This document shows positions 7,780 to 17,743 of a DNA stretch of 64,000 nt, piece after piece. The notes beneath the pieces were generated by a model, which did not search any database, had not been told where the DNA came from, and saw only the letters and a list, made by a program, of their open reading frames with translations. Source of the DNA: Verrucomicrobiia bacterium (GTDB taxonomy: Bacteria; Verrucomicrobiota; Verrucomicrobiia; Limisphaerales; UBA1319); the NCBI GenBank assembly GCA_963664225.1, contig OY760937.1, positions 4,640,001 to 4,704,000 on the forward strand, read 5' to 3'. Both the position numbers and the translations under genes were made by a program. Position 1 is the first letter of the stretch; every line of letters starts with the position of its first letter.

Positions 7780-9756
7780 TTATTTGCCTTCGGATTTCAG
7801 GGCCAGGGCCTTGGCGCGCTGGGCCAGGCCGGTGTTGGCGGTGACTTCAGCCGCTTTCTGGAGCGGGGCGGTCAGCTTGGAGGCCACATCCTTGTCCTTG
7901 TTGTCTTTGAGGATTTTCTCCGCAATGGAGACGGTGGCTGCGCTGGCTTCCTCTTTGACGGCGTCATCCCCCAGATAGGGAGCGATGGCGGTGACCGCAT
8001 CCGGGCTGGTGATGCCGCCCAGTGTGCCGAGCAGGAGTTTCTTCTCATCGGGCTGTTGCACGAGAGGAGCGATGTCCTGGCACATGGCCAGGCGTTTTGC
8101 GGCGGGCAATTCGTTATCGCCGGCCCAGGAGAGATAACCGCGCAGGCAGACCATTTTATCGGTGGGATTGGCGGCCGATTTCGCGAGGCCGAGCAGTTCG
8201 GGCAAGGCGTCGGTCGTTTTCCAGGAACTCAACTCCCGCAAGGCGGCGATGTGAATGTCCGCATTGGAATCATCGACGGCGGCGCGAACGGCTTTGAGGG
8301 CCTTTTGTCCGCCAATGCTGCCGAGCGTGCGCAGCAGGACGAGCTTCTGGGCGGTTTCAGCGGAACCCAGCGCGTCCACCAGTTTGGCGGCGCTTTCGTC
8401 TGTGTTTTGTTCGCGTCCGCAGATCGCGACGAGGGCCTGCTGTGCGGCCTCGGTATCCTGGGAATCTTTTCCGTTGTTCAGGAATCCGATCAATGCGGGC
8501 AATTCCTTCGTTCCGCCCAATTCTCCGATCCTCTTGACGGCGGCAACACGCACCTTGACATCGCTGTTGGTTCCAGCATTCAGGAGTTCGGGCAGGGCTT
8601 CCACCATGCGACGCCGACCGATGAGTTCGATGCCGTTGAGTTTGTTGGCGGCGTCGTTGCCGGCCAGCATCATCATGACCATTTCGTTGGCTTCCTTCAC
8701 CTTCATCGAGGCCAGGGCCTCCTGTGCGGCCTGGGCGACTTCAGGATTGCTGTCGCTCATCAGCCCGGTGAAATGGGGAACGCTGGAGGCATCTCCAATC
8801 TCCGCCAGGGCGCGGATGGCCGCCAGACGAATGGCGGGCTTTGGGTGGTTTGACCATCTCTTCAGATTATCGAGCGCAACGGCCGACTCGCCCCGTTTGC
8901 CAAGGGCTTGTATCACGAGCAACTTCTGGTCCTCCGAGTAATTACCGAAATCCGTCGCCAGCGCCGCGGTCACATCCATTCCCGGCATTTCCATGGCGGT
9001 CCGGATGGCGGCATCGACCAGAATGAAGTCGTTTCCATGGAGGGATTGCTTGAGCAGAATCATTGCCTCATTGGAAGGACGGTTCAGGATGGCGCCGCGC
9101 AATGCTCCCGCCCGCACCTGATGGGGCACTTTGGCGTTCTGCAATGTGTCGTAGATGGCCAGGGCTTCCTTGCGGAGGCCCTTGTTTGAGAGGCCTTCAG
9201 CGCAGCGCAGCATGCCTTCGGCGAAGACCAGATGACCGGGCGCCGGGGTGTTGGCCCAGGCGGCCTGGAGGGCTTTGGCCGCAGGCGCCGTGCCGATGCT
9301 TCCCAATGAGTTTGCCGCCGCCGGACCCACTCCGGGTTCGGTCGAAAACATCAAGGCGGTGAGTTGCGAAATGGCTTGGGAATTGTGCCGGACGCCCACG
9401 CTGGTGATGACACCGATGAGCGGTCTGCCATGCAATTGATTCAACGCCGACAGGAATGCGTTATCGACTTCCGCTCCCGGGATGGGCTCCAGGGCGTACC
9501 GGGCCATGTGGGCCATTTTTTCGTCACCCAACAGGGACGCCAGAACTGGAATGGCGTCCTTGTCGCCAATGATCCCCAACTGGCGGCAGGCATCCGCTTT
9601 GTCCTTTTGCGAGGCGTCGGATTTGAGAGTGGCGATCAGTTTATCCATCTTCTCCTTGTTCGAGGCGGATGCTTCCTGGCCAAAGGCAAAGGTTGGAGCC
9701 GCGCAGGCGAAGGTCAGTGCGAGGGCGAGGGCGGAAAATAATTTGGATTTTTTCAT
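7780..9756 (-). CDS. Exported HEAT/PBS-lyase repeat protein
   Basis: Signal peptide MKKSKLFSALALAL...; many VR.AA..ALG repeats. Confidence 0.9.
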   Translation of the reverse strand: MKKSKLFSALALALTFACAAPTFAFGQEASASNKEKMDKLIATLKSDASQKDKADACRQLGIIGDKDAIPVLASLLGDEKMAHMARYALEPIPGAEVDNAFLSALNQLHGRPLIGVITSVGVRHNSQAISQLTALMFSTEPGVGPAAANSLGSIGTAPAAKALQAAWANTPAPGHLVFAEGMLRCAEGLSNKGLRKEALAIYDTLQNAKVPHQVRAGALRGAILNRPSNEAMILLKQSLHGNDFILVDAAIRTAMEMPGMDVTAALATDFGNYSEDQKLLVIQALGKRGESAVALDNLKRWSNHPKPAIRLAAIRALAEIGDASSVPHFTGLMSDSNPEVAQAAQEALASMKVKEANEMVMMMLAGNDAANKLNGIELIGRRRMVEALPELLNAGTNSDVKVRVAAVKRIGELGGTKELPALIGFLNNGKDSQDTEAAQQALVAICGREQNTDESAAKLVDALGSAETAQKLVLLRTLGSIGGQKALKAVRAAVDDSNADIHIAALRELSSWKTTDALPELLGLAKSAANPTDKMVCLRGYLSWAGDNELPAAKRLAMCQDIAPLVQQPDEKKLLLGTLGGITSPDAVTAIAPYLGDDAVKEEASAATVSIAEKILKDNKDKDVASKLTAPLQKAAEVTANTGLAQRAKALALKSEGK

Positions 9757-9791
9757 GTTCAATTTTCTTTCAGGTAAATGTGTGTCCTCAA

Positions 9792-11117
9792 TTAAACGGT
9801 CCAGGGTTCGCGCATCGCACGGGAACGCAGACGATTGGCCTCCGCGTCGTTGATGAACGATTCGTTTTGGTAGTCGAAGTGCATGTCCCGTTTCAGCCAC
9901 ATACAGATGTTGGCTGCGTGAACGGTGGTCATCGAGCAGTGCATGACCAGCGGGTTGGCCACCGTGAGCCGGCGGGTTTTGATGCAGTTCAAGTAGTCGC
10001 GCATATGGCTCATGGGGCGCTGGGTGCGGGCGATGTAGTCGCCGACGATTTTTCGGAAATCGCCCAGCAGCGCCGGGGAGGAAACGTCCGGCTTGGTGTA
10101 GCCGTCCGCGACCGCCACCCAGCCTTCCGGCCCTTCAAATTTCATGCCGCAGGAGCCGGTCCACACGCCTTCGCGGTGCAGGACCATTTTGACGCCGTTG
10201 GGGAATTCGGTGACCATGCCGTCGCCGGTGGGGTTGTTCACGTAATGATACTCTGTGGCGGGCTTGTCAAGGGAATCGATGCCGGCCATCGCCTGGGCAA
10301 AGGTATGGGCGCCCCATTCGCCGATGCAACTGGTGTGGAAATCGTAATGGCCGCGCCATCCGCCGCTGGTGTAGGCGGAATTATAGGGACGCCATGGGCA
10401 GGCTCCCAGCCATTCATCCCAGTCCACCACATCCTTAGAGGGCAGGGGTTCCTCGGGGAGCCAGTCATGATTCATTTCTGCGGCGTCCCAGGGGGCAATG
10501 TGGGCGCGGGCGGTGTGGATTTTTCCGAGACGGCCGCTCTTGGCCAGTTCAATGGCAAATACGAAATTCGCTTCGCTGAGACGTTGCGTGCCGGTTTGAT
10601 AGACGCGGCCATAGCGTTTGGCCGTTTCAACCACCGCCTGACCCTCGGCAATGGTCATGCTTGAGGGTTTTTCGCAATAGACATCCTTGCCCGCGCGCAT
10701 CGCCATCGTGGCGGCCAGGGCGTGCCAGCGGTCGCCGGTGGCGATCAGCAGCGCGTCGATGTCGGTCCGCTCGGCCAGAAATTCACGCATGTTGCCGTAG
10801 AGTGCGCAGTCGGTATTTCCATAGCGGGCGTCCACGATTTTTTTCACCGCTTCCCGGCGGCTCTTTTGGGCATCGCACACCGCCACGAACTGCACATCGG
10901 CTTCGGGCAGCATCCAACCCAGGTCGCTGGTGCCGCGCGGGCCGATTCCCAGGCCGCCCATGACGATGCGTTCACTGGGCGGAACCGCGCCATTGCGTCC
11001 CAGCACGGAGGCGGGGATGAAGAGCGGTGCGGTCAGGGCTCCCGCCACCAGCGCGGTGTGTTTGAGGAAGTGTCGTCGTGTCAGGGCTTTCGAGTCGGAA
11101 GAGACGGCAGGCGACAT
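9792..11117 (-). CDS. Tat-exported Gfo/Idh/MocA family oxidoreductase
   Basis: TRRHFLK Tat motif, G.GIG.RG, AGKDVYCEKP, WGAH. Confidence 0.92.
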   Translation of the reverse strand: MSPAVSSDSKALTRRHFLKHTALVAGALTAPLFIPASVLGRNGAVPPSERIVMGGLGIGPRGTSDLGWMLPEADVQFVAVCDAQKSRREAVKKIVDARYGNTDCALYGNMREFLAERTDIDALLIATGDRWHALAATMAMRAGKDVYCEKPSSMTIAEGQAVVETAKRYGRVYQTGTQRLSEANFVFAIELAKSGRLGKIHTARAHIAPWDAAEMNHDWLPEEPLPSKDVVDWDEWLGACPWRPYNSAYTSGGWRGHYDFHTSCIGEWGAHTFAQAMAGIDSLDKPATEYHYVNNPTGDGMVTEFPNGVKMVLHREGVWTGSCGMKFEGPEGWVAVADGYTKPDVSSPALLGDFRKIVGDYIARTQRPMSHMRDYLNCIKTRRLTVANPLVMHCSMTTVHAANICMWLKRDMHFDYQNESFINDAEANRLRSRAMREPWTV

Positions 11118-11343
11118 GGTTAGAGGCTTGGATACAAGACTCCCAATGGGTGATTTTTTGAGTGCCATGGGTTCAGAGTAGCAGCACGATTTTTCGATGG
11201 GAAGTCCTACTTTTTGAATTTTTGGCCAGTGGCCGAAGTCCAATTCTCCGGCCGCCTCTGAATAGGACACGATTCCTTTTGACCTGAGGGGAGGTTGTCG
11301 CTACACCATTCAGCCATAATGTTATTGAGCTAAAGGGATTCAA

Positions 11344-12081
11344 ATGACAGTCCCCAATATTATTTTCATGGCGGTCGATTTGCCGCAGTCCGAGCTTTAC
11401 TTCGTCTGGAAGCAAGCCACGCCGGAGGCCAAGGTTATAATCATGGTCCTGGCCATTTTTTCCATTTTTGCATGGACCGTGATGGCCTCGAAGGCGATGC
11501 AAATGCGGCGCGCCAAGAAGCTGAACCAGTATTTCAGCCTCGAATTCCGGGCGCAAAAAAGCGTTTTGGAAATTCACGACCGGCAGGTCCAGGTGGATGG
11601 CTGTCCGCTCTTTGCGGTTTACCAGGAGGGTTGCACGGAACTGGCCGGACGGCGCAAAAGCGCCGCCCTCAAGCAGGAGAATCCCAAAATCAGCTTAAAC
11701 TCGATGGAGCATGTCAAACGCGCCCTGGAGCGCGCTGTGGCGGACGAATCTCTGAAGCTCGAGTCGGGTCTGATTCTGCTGGCCATTGCGGTCAGCGGGG
11801 CTCCGTTCCTGGGATTGCTGGGCACCGTCTGGGGGGTGATGAGCACGTTCAGTTATGTGGCCATGAAGGGGCAGGCGGATTTGGCCACCATGGCTCCGGG
11901 TGTGGCAGCGGCGCTGATCACGACGGTGGCCGGGTTGCTGGTCGCCATTCCCTCCATGTTCGGCTACAATTATCTGGTGCACAATTTGCGGGTTTTGACC
12001 GTGGCCCTGGATAATTTTGCCGCGGAAATGATTTCGAAGGCTGAAATTGAATTTCTCCAAGACGATGAGCCCGGTCGATGA
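11344..12081 (+). CDS. tolQ: TolQ (MotA/TolQ/ExbB proton channel)
   Basis: APFLGLLGTVWG and ALITTVAGLLVAIP motifs; tol-pal context. Confidence 0.9.
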   Translation: MTVPNIIFMAVDLPQSELYFVWKQATPEAKVIIMVLAIFSIFAWTVMASKAMQMRRAKKLNQYFSLEFRAQKSVLEIHDRQVQVDGCPLFAVYQEGCTELAGRRKSAALKQENPKISLNSMEHVKRALERAVADESLKLESGLILLAIAVSGAPFLGLLGTVWGVMSTFSYVAMKGQADLATMAPGVAAALITTVAGLLVAIPSMFGYNYLVHNLRVLTVALDNFAAEMISKAEIEFLQDDEPGR

Positions 12082-12082
12082 G

Positions 12083-12400
12083 ATGGTGATCCAGAGGCCG
12101 GCGAAGCGCGAAGTTGGGGTTGAATGCGCCAAATGCGGTCGAGAAAACCGGCGGGGGATCAAAACCTGCAAGGTTTGCGGCGCGCATTTATATGTGAAAT
12201 GCCTGTCTTGCGGGCATCGCAATCAGCGCGTATTGACCCAATGCGACAAGTGCGGCGAGGCCATGCACCGATCCGCATGGAAGCGGTGGATGAAGAGATT
12301 GACGCCCAAAAAAGCCATGGTCAAGCCGGTGCATTTCCTGATGCTGATTGTAACGGTCTATCTGGCCTACCGGATCGTGGTTCGTCTGGCCAATTTCTGA
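12083..12400 (+). CDS. Double zinc-ribbon protein with C-terminal TM helix
   Basis: Four CxxCG motifs and a hydrophobic C-terminus; alternative start 12065. Confidence 0.8.
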   Translation: MVIQRPAKREVGVECAKCGRENRRGIKTCKVCGAHLYVKCLSCGHRNQRVLTQCDKCGEAMHRSAWKRWMKRLTPKKAMVKPVHFLMLIVTVYLAYRIVVRLANF

Positions 12401-12452
12401 CGATGGCAGTTTTTGCGCGGATTTAACGTCTAATGGTTTGCAGGTTTGTAAT

Positions 12453-12872
12453 ATGCGACGGTTCTCACAACGAAATTCACTGGTCACGCTGAGTGATATC
12501 AATATCACTCCGCTGCTGGACCTCGCATTCGTGCTGCTCATCATTTTCATCATCACCACGCCCCTCCTGACCCAAAGCATGGATGTCAAGCTGCCCGGCG
12601 GGGGTCGGGTCGATAAGATGCAGATCGAACCCAAGGACGTGAGAACCATCGAAGTGGGCCTGGACGGTCAGTACCGTTATGACCGCCGACCGATGGTTCT
12701 GGCCCAAATTGAGGCTGAATTGGTCCGGGCCTTTCAGGCGAATCCAAATCTCGTCGTTTATATTCGGGCGGACGAAAACGGGGCTTATCGGAATGTGGCC
12801 GCGGTGTTGGATTGTTGCCAGCGGCACGACATCACCCGTGTTTCGTTGCGGACAGAGCAGAAAAAGCGTTGA
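12453..12872 (+). CDS. tolR: TolR/ExbD
   Basis: INITPLLDLAFVLLIIF and IRAD motifs. Confidence 0.9.
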   Translation: MRRFSQRNSLVTLSDINITPLLDLAFVLLIIFIITTPLLTQSMDVKLPGGGRVDKMQIEPKDVRTIEVGLDGQYRYDRRPMVLAQIEAELVRAFQANPNLVVYIRADENGAYRNVAAVLDCCQRHDITRVSLRTEQKKR

Positions 12873-13828
12873 TGAACCGGTCCCAGAAAAAGTGTTTGAT
12901 CGTGTCACTTGCGACCCATGGGTTTCTGTTGCTCATGCTGGTCGTGGGGCCTGCCTTTTTGCCTGCAAAACCACAGGTCGTGGACCTTCCGTTGTTGGAT
13001 GTGATTCCATCCAGACTGGTCGATGACCTTATCTCCAGCGGCGGCACGCCTGCGCCGGTGACTCCAGCCCCAACGATTGCCAAACCGGCTCCGCAGGTCG
13101 CTGTGCCCGCCGTTCAGCCTGAGCCTGTAAAACCGGAACCAGTGAAGCCGGAGGTCAAGACGGCCAAACCGCCCAAGAACGAGCCTGAGCCAGAGGATGT
13201 GCCTGAGCCGGAACCGGTAAAAACCGTGACGAAAAAGATACCGGACCCCGATGCCATACCCATCGATCCGCCGAAGACAACCAAGAAACATGTTGTGGTG
13301 GATCTCAAAAAGCCGGTCACACGCAAAGTCGGCGGCAAATCCCACGGGGAGGACGAGAAAGCGCGTCAAGAGGCTGAAGAAAAGGCTGCGGCAAAGGCTT
13401 ACGCGACGGCCCAAGCCAACCGGCGTGCTGCTCTATCCGGGGCGATCAGCGATATTAAGGGCGGTTTGACCGGTTCGGTGAAGATCGAGGGGATTGGCGA
13501 CGGCGCAGGCGGTGGAATGGGTGGCGGCCCGGCGGCTGCCAATTACGCCCAGGCGATCCGCAGCATCTATGACAAGGCCTGGTACGACCCGCCCGAAGAG
13601 GTCACAGACACTTCTCTTAATGTCGAGGTGAAGATCAATATCGCCCGGACGGGTCGCATCGTGTCGGCGCGTGTGACGGGGCCGTCCGGCAACAGCACTT
13701 TGGATCGCTCGGTGCGTCGGGCGCTGGACCGCGTGAAGTCCGTCCCGCCATTCCCGGAGGGAGCCACAGATTTGGATCGCACCTACACGATCTTATTTAA
13801 CCTTAAATCCAAGAGGCCATTAGGTTGA
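12872..13828 (+). CDS. tolA: TolA/TonB family energy transducer
   Basis: N-terminal TM with S...H, Pro-rich linker, C-terminal SG...LD.S...A domain; lies between tolR and tolB. Confidence 0.85.
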   Translation: MNRSQKKCLIVSLATHGFLLLMLVVGPAFLPAKPQVVDLPLLDVIPSRLVDDLISSGGTPAPVTPAPTIAKPAPQVAVPAVQPEPVKPEPVKPEVKTAKPPKNEPEPEDVPEPEPVKTVTKKIPDPDAIPIDPPKTTKKHVVVDLKKPVTRKVGGKSHGEDEKARQEAEEKAAAKAYATAQANRRAALSGAISDIKGGLTGSVKIEGIGDGAGGGMGGGPAAANYAQAIRSIYDKAWYDPPEEVTDTSLNVEVKINIARTGRIVSARVTGPSGNSTLDRSVRRALDRVKSVPPFPEGATDLDRTYTILFNLKSKRPLG

Positions 13829-13878
13829 TTTGGTTGATTCGATTGATGACCAGAACAACTTCAGGCCGATCATTACTC

Positions 13879-15066
13879 ATGAGCATTGTTAATACATTGT
13901 CCCGCAAATATTTACCCGCTGTTTTGCTGGCGGGAATCCTACTCGGCGGAGCGAGAGCCTCCGGCCAGAACGACCAACCGATGGTCATTTCGCGCACCGC
14001 CGATCAGTCGGAGGTCATTCCCATCAACCTGAGCGGTTTCTCCGGGGAAGTTCTTTCCACGCTGAAATTCGATCTCGAGGCGGTCGGATTCCAGGTCAAA
14101 AGTGCAGAGGTCTCGAAATATCAGGTCATCGGAGCCAACGATTCACATGTCGAAGGTCGTTTGACGGTGAGCGCCTCCAAGGCGGAGTTGCTGGCCAAGG
14201 CGTATCAGGGGGGATCCATGCGCACCCAGGCCCACGCGCTGGCGGATGACATCATCGCCGCCATCCGTCATTGCAAGGGGATTGCCCAGACGCGGATTGC
14301 CTACAAGGGGGCGACGGGGGACACGAGTGAGATTTACATCGCCGATTACGACGGGAACAAACCGGTGGCGGTGACTTCCGATCGCACGATTGTGGCCGCG
14401 CCCGCCTGGGCTCCGGGAGGCCGAATGCTGTATTACACCTCTTACAAGCTGGGAAACCCGGATGTCTATTCGCATGATTTGAGCACTGGAGCGCGCAAGA
14501 TTGTGGCCCGCTACACGGGGTTGAACACCAGTGCCGCGATTTCACCCGATGGACAGCATGTCGCCATGATACTGAGCAAGGCGGGCAGCCCTGATTTGTA
14601 TGTGGGCAATGCCGATGGAACCGGCCTGAAGCAAATGACCACCACCAAGGAGGACGAATCCTCGCCCTGCTGGTCGCCGGATGGCAAAACGATCTGCTTT
14701 ACCTCCAGGATGAACGGGCGTCCGCAACTGTTCACGATTCCCGCCGGGGGTGGCGCGATGAAGCGCCTGCAAACAGCGGGGGTCCTTAATACGACGGAGC
14801 CGGATTGGTCACCGGACGGGCAATTCATCGCCTTCACAGCCAACATGGGCAGTTTTCAGATTTGCGCGCTGGAATTGAAGACCGGAACGGTCAAAACCCT
14901 CACTGCGGGCGAGGATCCGAGCTGGGGTCCCAATTCGCGCACGCTCATATTCAACCGGCGCGTGGGCGGGAAAAATATCGTCTCTTTGCTTGACGTGCCG
15001 ACTAAACAAGTGAAAGATATTGCGCAGATTTCGGCTAACTGTTCTCAGGCTTGTTGGGCCAGGTAG
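13879..15066 (+). CDS. tolB: TolB beta-propeller protein
   Basis: AH..AD.I, TRIAY and repeated P.WSPDG (PD40) motifs. Confidence 0.9.
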   Translation: MSIVNTLSRKYLPAVLLAGILLGGARASGQNDQPMVISRTADQSEVIPINLSGFSGEVLSTLKFDLEAVGFQVKSAEVSKYQVIGANDSHVEGRLTVSASKAELLAKAYQGGSMRTQAHALADDIIAAIRHCKGIAQTRIAYKGATGDTSEIYIADYDGNKPVAVTSDRTIVAAPAWAPGGRMLYYTSYKLGNPDVYSHDLSTGARKIVARYTGLNTSAAISPDGQHVAMILSKAGSPDLYVGNADGTGLKQMTTTKEDESSPCWSPDGKTICFTSRMNGRPQLFTIPAGGGAMKRLQTAGVLNTTEPDWSPDGQFIAFTANMGSFQICALELKTGTVKTLTAGEDPSWGPNSRTLIFNRRVGGKNIVSLLDVPTKQVKDIAQISANCSQACWAR

Positions 15067-15098
15067 GGCTTCAGGCAAAGAAAACAAAGAGACAAAAA

Positions 15099-15734
15099 AT
15101 GAAACGTTCTATTTTAGTGAATTTATTGGTTCTGGGGCTGGTGGTCGCCATTGGCGGTTTTGGCTGCAAAACCAAGCCCAAAGGGCTGACCCCAATCACC
15201 GGGCAAAAAACCGCAGTGGCGGGTCCTGGCACAGGTCCGTTTGTGGGCACGGGCGCAGTGGCCCCGGGATTGGATACGACGACAACCGCCAACACCAAGC
15301 CTATCGATTTGGCACCCAAGGGACCTGAGGGAACGAGTCCTCTGTCCGGTTTGGAGAACTTCGAGAATTTCGATGCGAACCGCGAGGTCTTCAAGGCCTA
15401 CACGGTTTATTTCGAATTCGACCGGTCGTCCGTCAAGGAAGGGGAACGTTCCAAGGTTGAGGCCGTGGCTGCGTATTTGAAAACCGCGCCGAACGATAAC
15501 GCCCTTTTGATCGAGGGACATTGCGACGAACGCGGTACCGAGGAATACAACCGGGCCTTGGGTGAGCGCCGCGCTCTGGCTCTGCGTGATTATCTGATCA
15601 ACCTGGGCATTGGCGCCGAACGCATCCGCACCATCAGCTACGGCAAGGACAAGCCGCTGGATCAGGGTCATGACGACACCGCATGGGCGAAGAACCGCCG
15701 CGGCGAATTCCTGCTGCTGACCCCCAAGAAGTAA
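15099..15734 (+). CDS. pal: Peptidoglycan-associated lipoprotein Pal
   Basis: Lipobox GFGC; IEGHCDERGTEEYNRALGERRA; SYGK; KNRR. Confidence 0.95.
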   Translation: MKRSILVNLLVLGLVVAIGGFGCKTKPKGLTPITGQKTAVAGPGTGPFVGTGAVAPGLDTTTTANTKPIDLAPKGPEGTSPLSGLENFENFDANREVFKAYTVYFEFDRSSVKEGERSKVEAVAAYLKTAPNDNALLIEGHCDERGTEEYNRALGERRALALRDYLINLGIGAERIRTISYGKDKPLDQGHDDTAWAKNRRGEFLLLTPKK

Positions 15735-15777
15735 GAGGTTTGGGTTTGGCACGCACGGTTCAAACCGTGATTTAAGC

Positions 15778-15809
15778 AAAAGGGCGGAACTTGGAGTTCC
15801 GCCCTTTTT
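15778..15809. terminator. Bidirectional terminator
   Basis: AAAAGGGCGGAACT TGG AGTTCCGCCCTTTTT between convergent genes. Confidence 0.85.
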
Positions 15810-15881
15810 CGTTTTCCAACTCAACAGACCGGGAGTTGGTTTTACGTTGAGAGTCTGGCTTTCGCCTGCAACGGGATTGGC

Positions 15882-16271
15882 TTATTTGGCCTTTTCGACG
15901 GGCTGATTTTCCGCCACCCAACCCTGGATGCCCTTGCTGTAGTGCTTCACGTTTGTATAGCCCAGTTCCTTGGCGGCCTTGGCCCCGGCTTGATAGGCCT
16001 GGCACTTCTCGTTGCCGCAATAAGCGACAACCAGCGCGTTTTTGTCCGCGGGAAGTTTCTCCGCGAGTTTGGTTTCCACGGCATCGAAATTGAGCGCGCC
16101 CGGGATATGCCCGTTGCGCCAGCTTTGGGTGCCGTTGACGTCAAGCAGGACGACCTTTTTTTCGCTGATCGCCTTGTTCAGGTCCGCAGTGGAGATGGAG
16201 GGGAACGAATCGGCTGCCGCCGCCGCGAAAGTTCCCAGAGCCACCATTAATGCATAAATAACATTTCTCAT
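15882..16271 (-). CDS. Exported rhodanese-like protein
   Basis: LLDV, GHIPGA, VAYC, G..GW motifs; signal peptide. Confidence 0.9.
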   Translation of the reverse strand: MRNVIYALMVALGTFAAAAADSFPSISTADLNKAISEKKVVLLDVNGTQSWRNGHIPGALNFDAVETKLAEKLPADKNALVVAYCGNEKCQAYQAGAKAAKELGYTNVKHYSKGIQGWVAENQPVEKAK

Positions 16272-16370
16272 ATTGAATATTAGGATAGCTAAGAATCGTG
16301 TCCTGTCAAATGAGTCGGAGGAATGCCGGGACAGGGTTGCGGATCCACGCCAATAAATAATAATTCGAAC

Positions 16371-16399
16371 TTGACACCAGAACCAGCATTCTCTATTCT
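16371..16399 (+). promoter_or_regulatory. Sigma70-type promoter
   Basis: TTGACA-N17-TATTCT preceded by an AT-rich UP-like tract. Confidence 0.7.
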
Positions 16400-16799
16400 G
16401 ATTGATGTTGATGAGAAAGGGGCGCATGCACAATCTGAAGAACAAGTTCGTTTCATGAAACCGTCACGATCGCCAATATATTAAATCCAATTCATTGGGT
16501 CATCCAGACCGGATGACTGTCCCGTTGGTCAGAGAATCCTCCAATTACATTGTGGCTGTGACACTTATCGGAGGATTGGCTGATGTTGCTGCAACGAACC
16601 CTTAAATAGCCATGAACCTTGATGCAAGGCCTGAAAATATGCTGGAGCCATCCGGTGCTGGCGCATTCAGTTCCGCCCTCGAGGTCGGTGTCGTACGAGG
16701 GTGGTGAGTCACCTTTTACCGTCAGGCAATTGGGCCATTGGGCCATTGGGAATTGCCACGTCAGAAAAACACAACCAACAAAATAAAGAGGACATGACA

Positions 16800-17063
16800 A
16801 TGAAAACCGCAGCGGAAAAACTGAAAGACTCCAAAGTATTCCTGAAGAACGCGAAACAGGCGACGAAGCAGCTCGAAAAATTCACCGAACTGCTCGAAAA
16901 AGACCCAAAATTCCAACAGCTTTGGGAAAAAGATTCAGCAGCAGCACTTCGTCAGGTGGGCATCAACCCTGATGCGCGAATGGAAATGGGAAAGCCCCCC
17001 TACAGCAAAGGTCCCGAATGCACTTGGTGCTACACGCCTTTGGGGAATCTTTGTCACTGCTAG
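16800..17063 (+). CDS. NHLP/Nif11-like leader peptide with Cys-rich C-terminus (putative RiPP precursor or metal-binding peptide)
   Basis: RBS GAGGA at 16788; LEKDPKFQQLWEKDSAAALRQVGI leader-like segment; ends CTWCYTPLGNLCHC. Confidence 0.7.
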   Translation: MKTAAEKLKDSKVFLKNAKQATKQLEKFTELLEKDPKFQQLWEKDSAAALRQVGINPDARMEMGKPPYSKGPECTWCYTPLGNLCHC

Positions 17064-17127
17064 AAAACGAACCATCCGGAATGGTCCGTGGCAGCGGCAT
17101 GATAACGACAGTCACAACCCGGCGTGA

Positions 17128-17230
17128 CGGTTGATTGACGCGCGCGTTGGGAATGTGCCGCCCCGCTGGGGCTTGGAAATTGGTGTGGGCTGGCGTGCTA
17201 TAAACATGCCGCGCCTCTGGCGCTTCGGAT
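17128..17230 (+). repeat. 103-bp direct repeat copy 1 (REP doublet)
   Basis: 8 mismatches versus 17744-17846 by manual alignment; contains two small palindromes. Confidence 0.9.
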
Positions 17231-17305
17231 GTGGGACTTGGGAGATGAACGCGCGCGGGACTTGGAGATGAACGCACGCAAAATAACTCCGTAGGAGAAG
17301 CCAAC

Positions 17306-17377
17306 AGCCTCGCCCTACCATTGGGCGCTCGGGGGGTGAGCAAGATAGGATAGCTCGGCGAGCCTCGCCCTACCGGG
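17306..17377 (-). repeat. Two degenerate copies of the RAYT-associated GTAG REP
   Basis: AGCCTCGCCCTACC at 17306 and GCTCGGCGAGCCTCGCCCTACCGGG at 17353 match the 36-37 kb array unit. Confidence 0.8.
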
Positions 17378-17449
17378 ACGCCCCCCGTTCGGCAGGGTTC
17401 CTAATTATCGGTTGAGACCAGTCGTCATGCGGCCTATTGTAAATATGGT

Positions 17450-17743
17450 ATGACTGTTCCGATGATGCTTAAAAAGCCGAGCGCGTTTCTCCCCCTGGCC
17501 TTGTCGTTTGCCGCACTGGCCATCGTGCTTGGGCACGTCGTTCTCTTCGGGGCTGCTCGTGAAGCCGATGAGGGGACTGCAGCCCATCTCTGGCAGCTAC
17601 TCATGGCTGCACAGTTACCGGTTATGCTGTTTTTTGCCGTCAGATGGCTGCCGCGCAGTCCAAAGCAGGCCCTGCCGATAATGGCGTTGCAAGCCTGTTC
17701 CGCTGTCGCTGCACTTGCGCCCGTTTACTTTCTCAACCTTTAG
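17450..17743 (+). CDS. Small 3-TM hypothetical membrane protein
   Basis: 97 aa, hydrophobic, with a DEGTAAHLWQLL segment. Confidence 0.8.
   Translation: MTVPMMLKKPSAFLPLALSFAALAIVLGHVVLFGAAREADEGTAAHLWQLLMAAQLPVMLFFAVRWLPRSPKQALPIMALQACSAVAALAPVYFLNL

Noticed and set aside
16492..16800. 102-aa minus-strand ORF in the peptide leader
   Set aside because: No recognisable features or RBS, and it overlaps the structured plus-strand leader.
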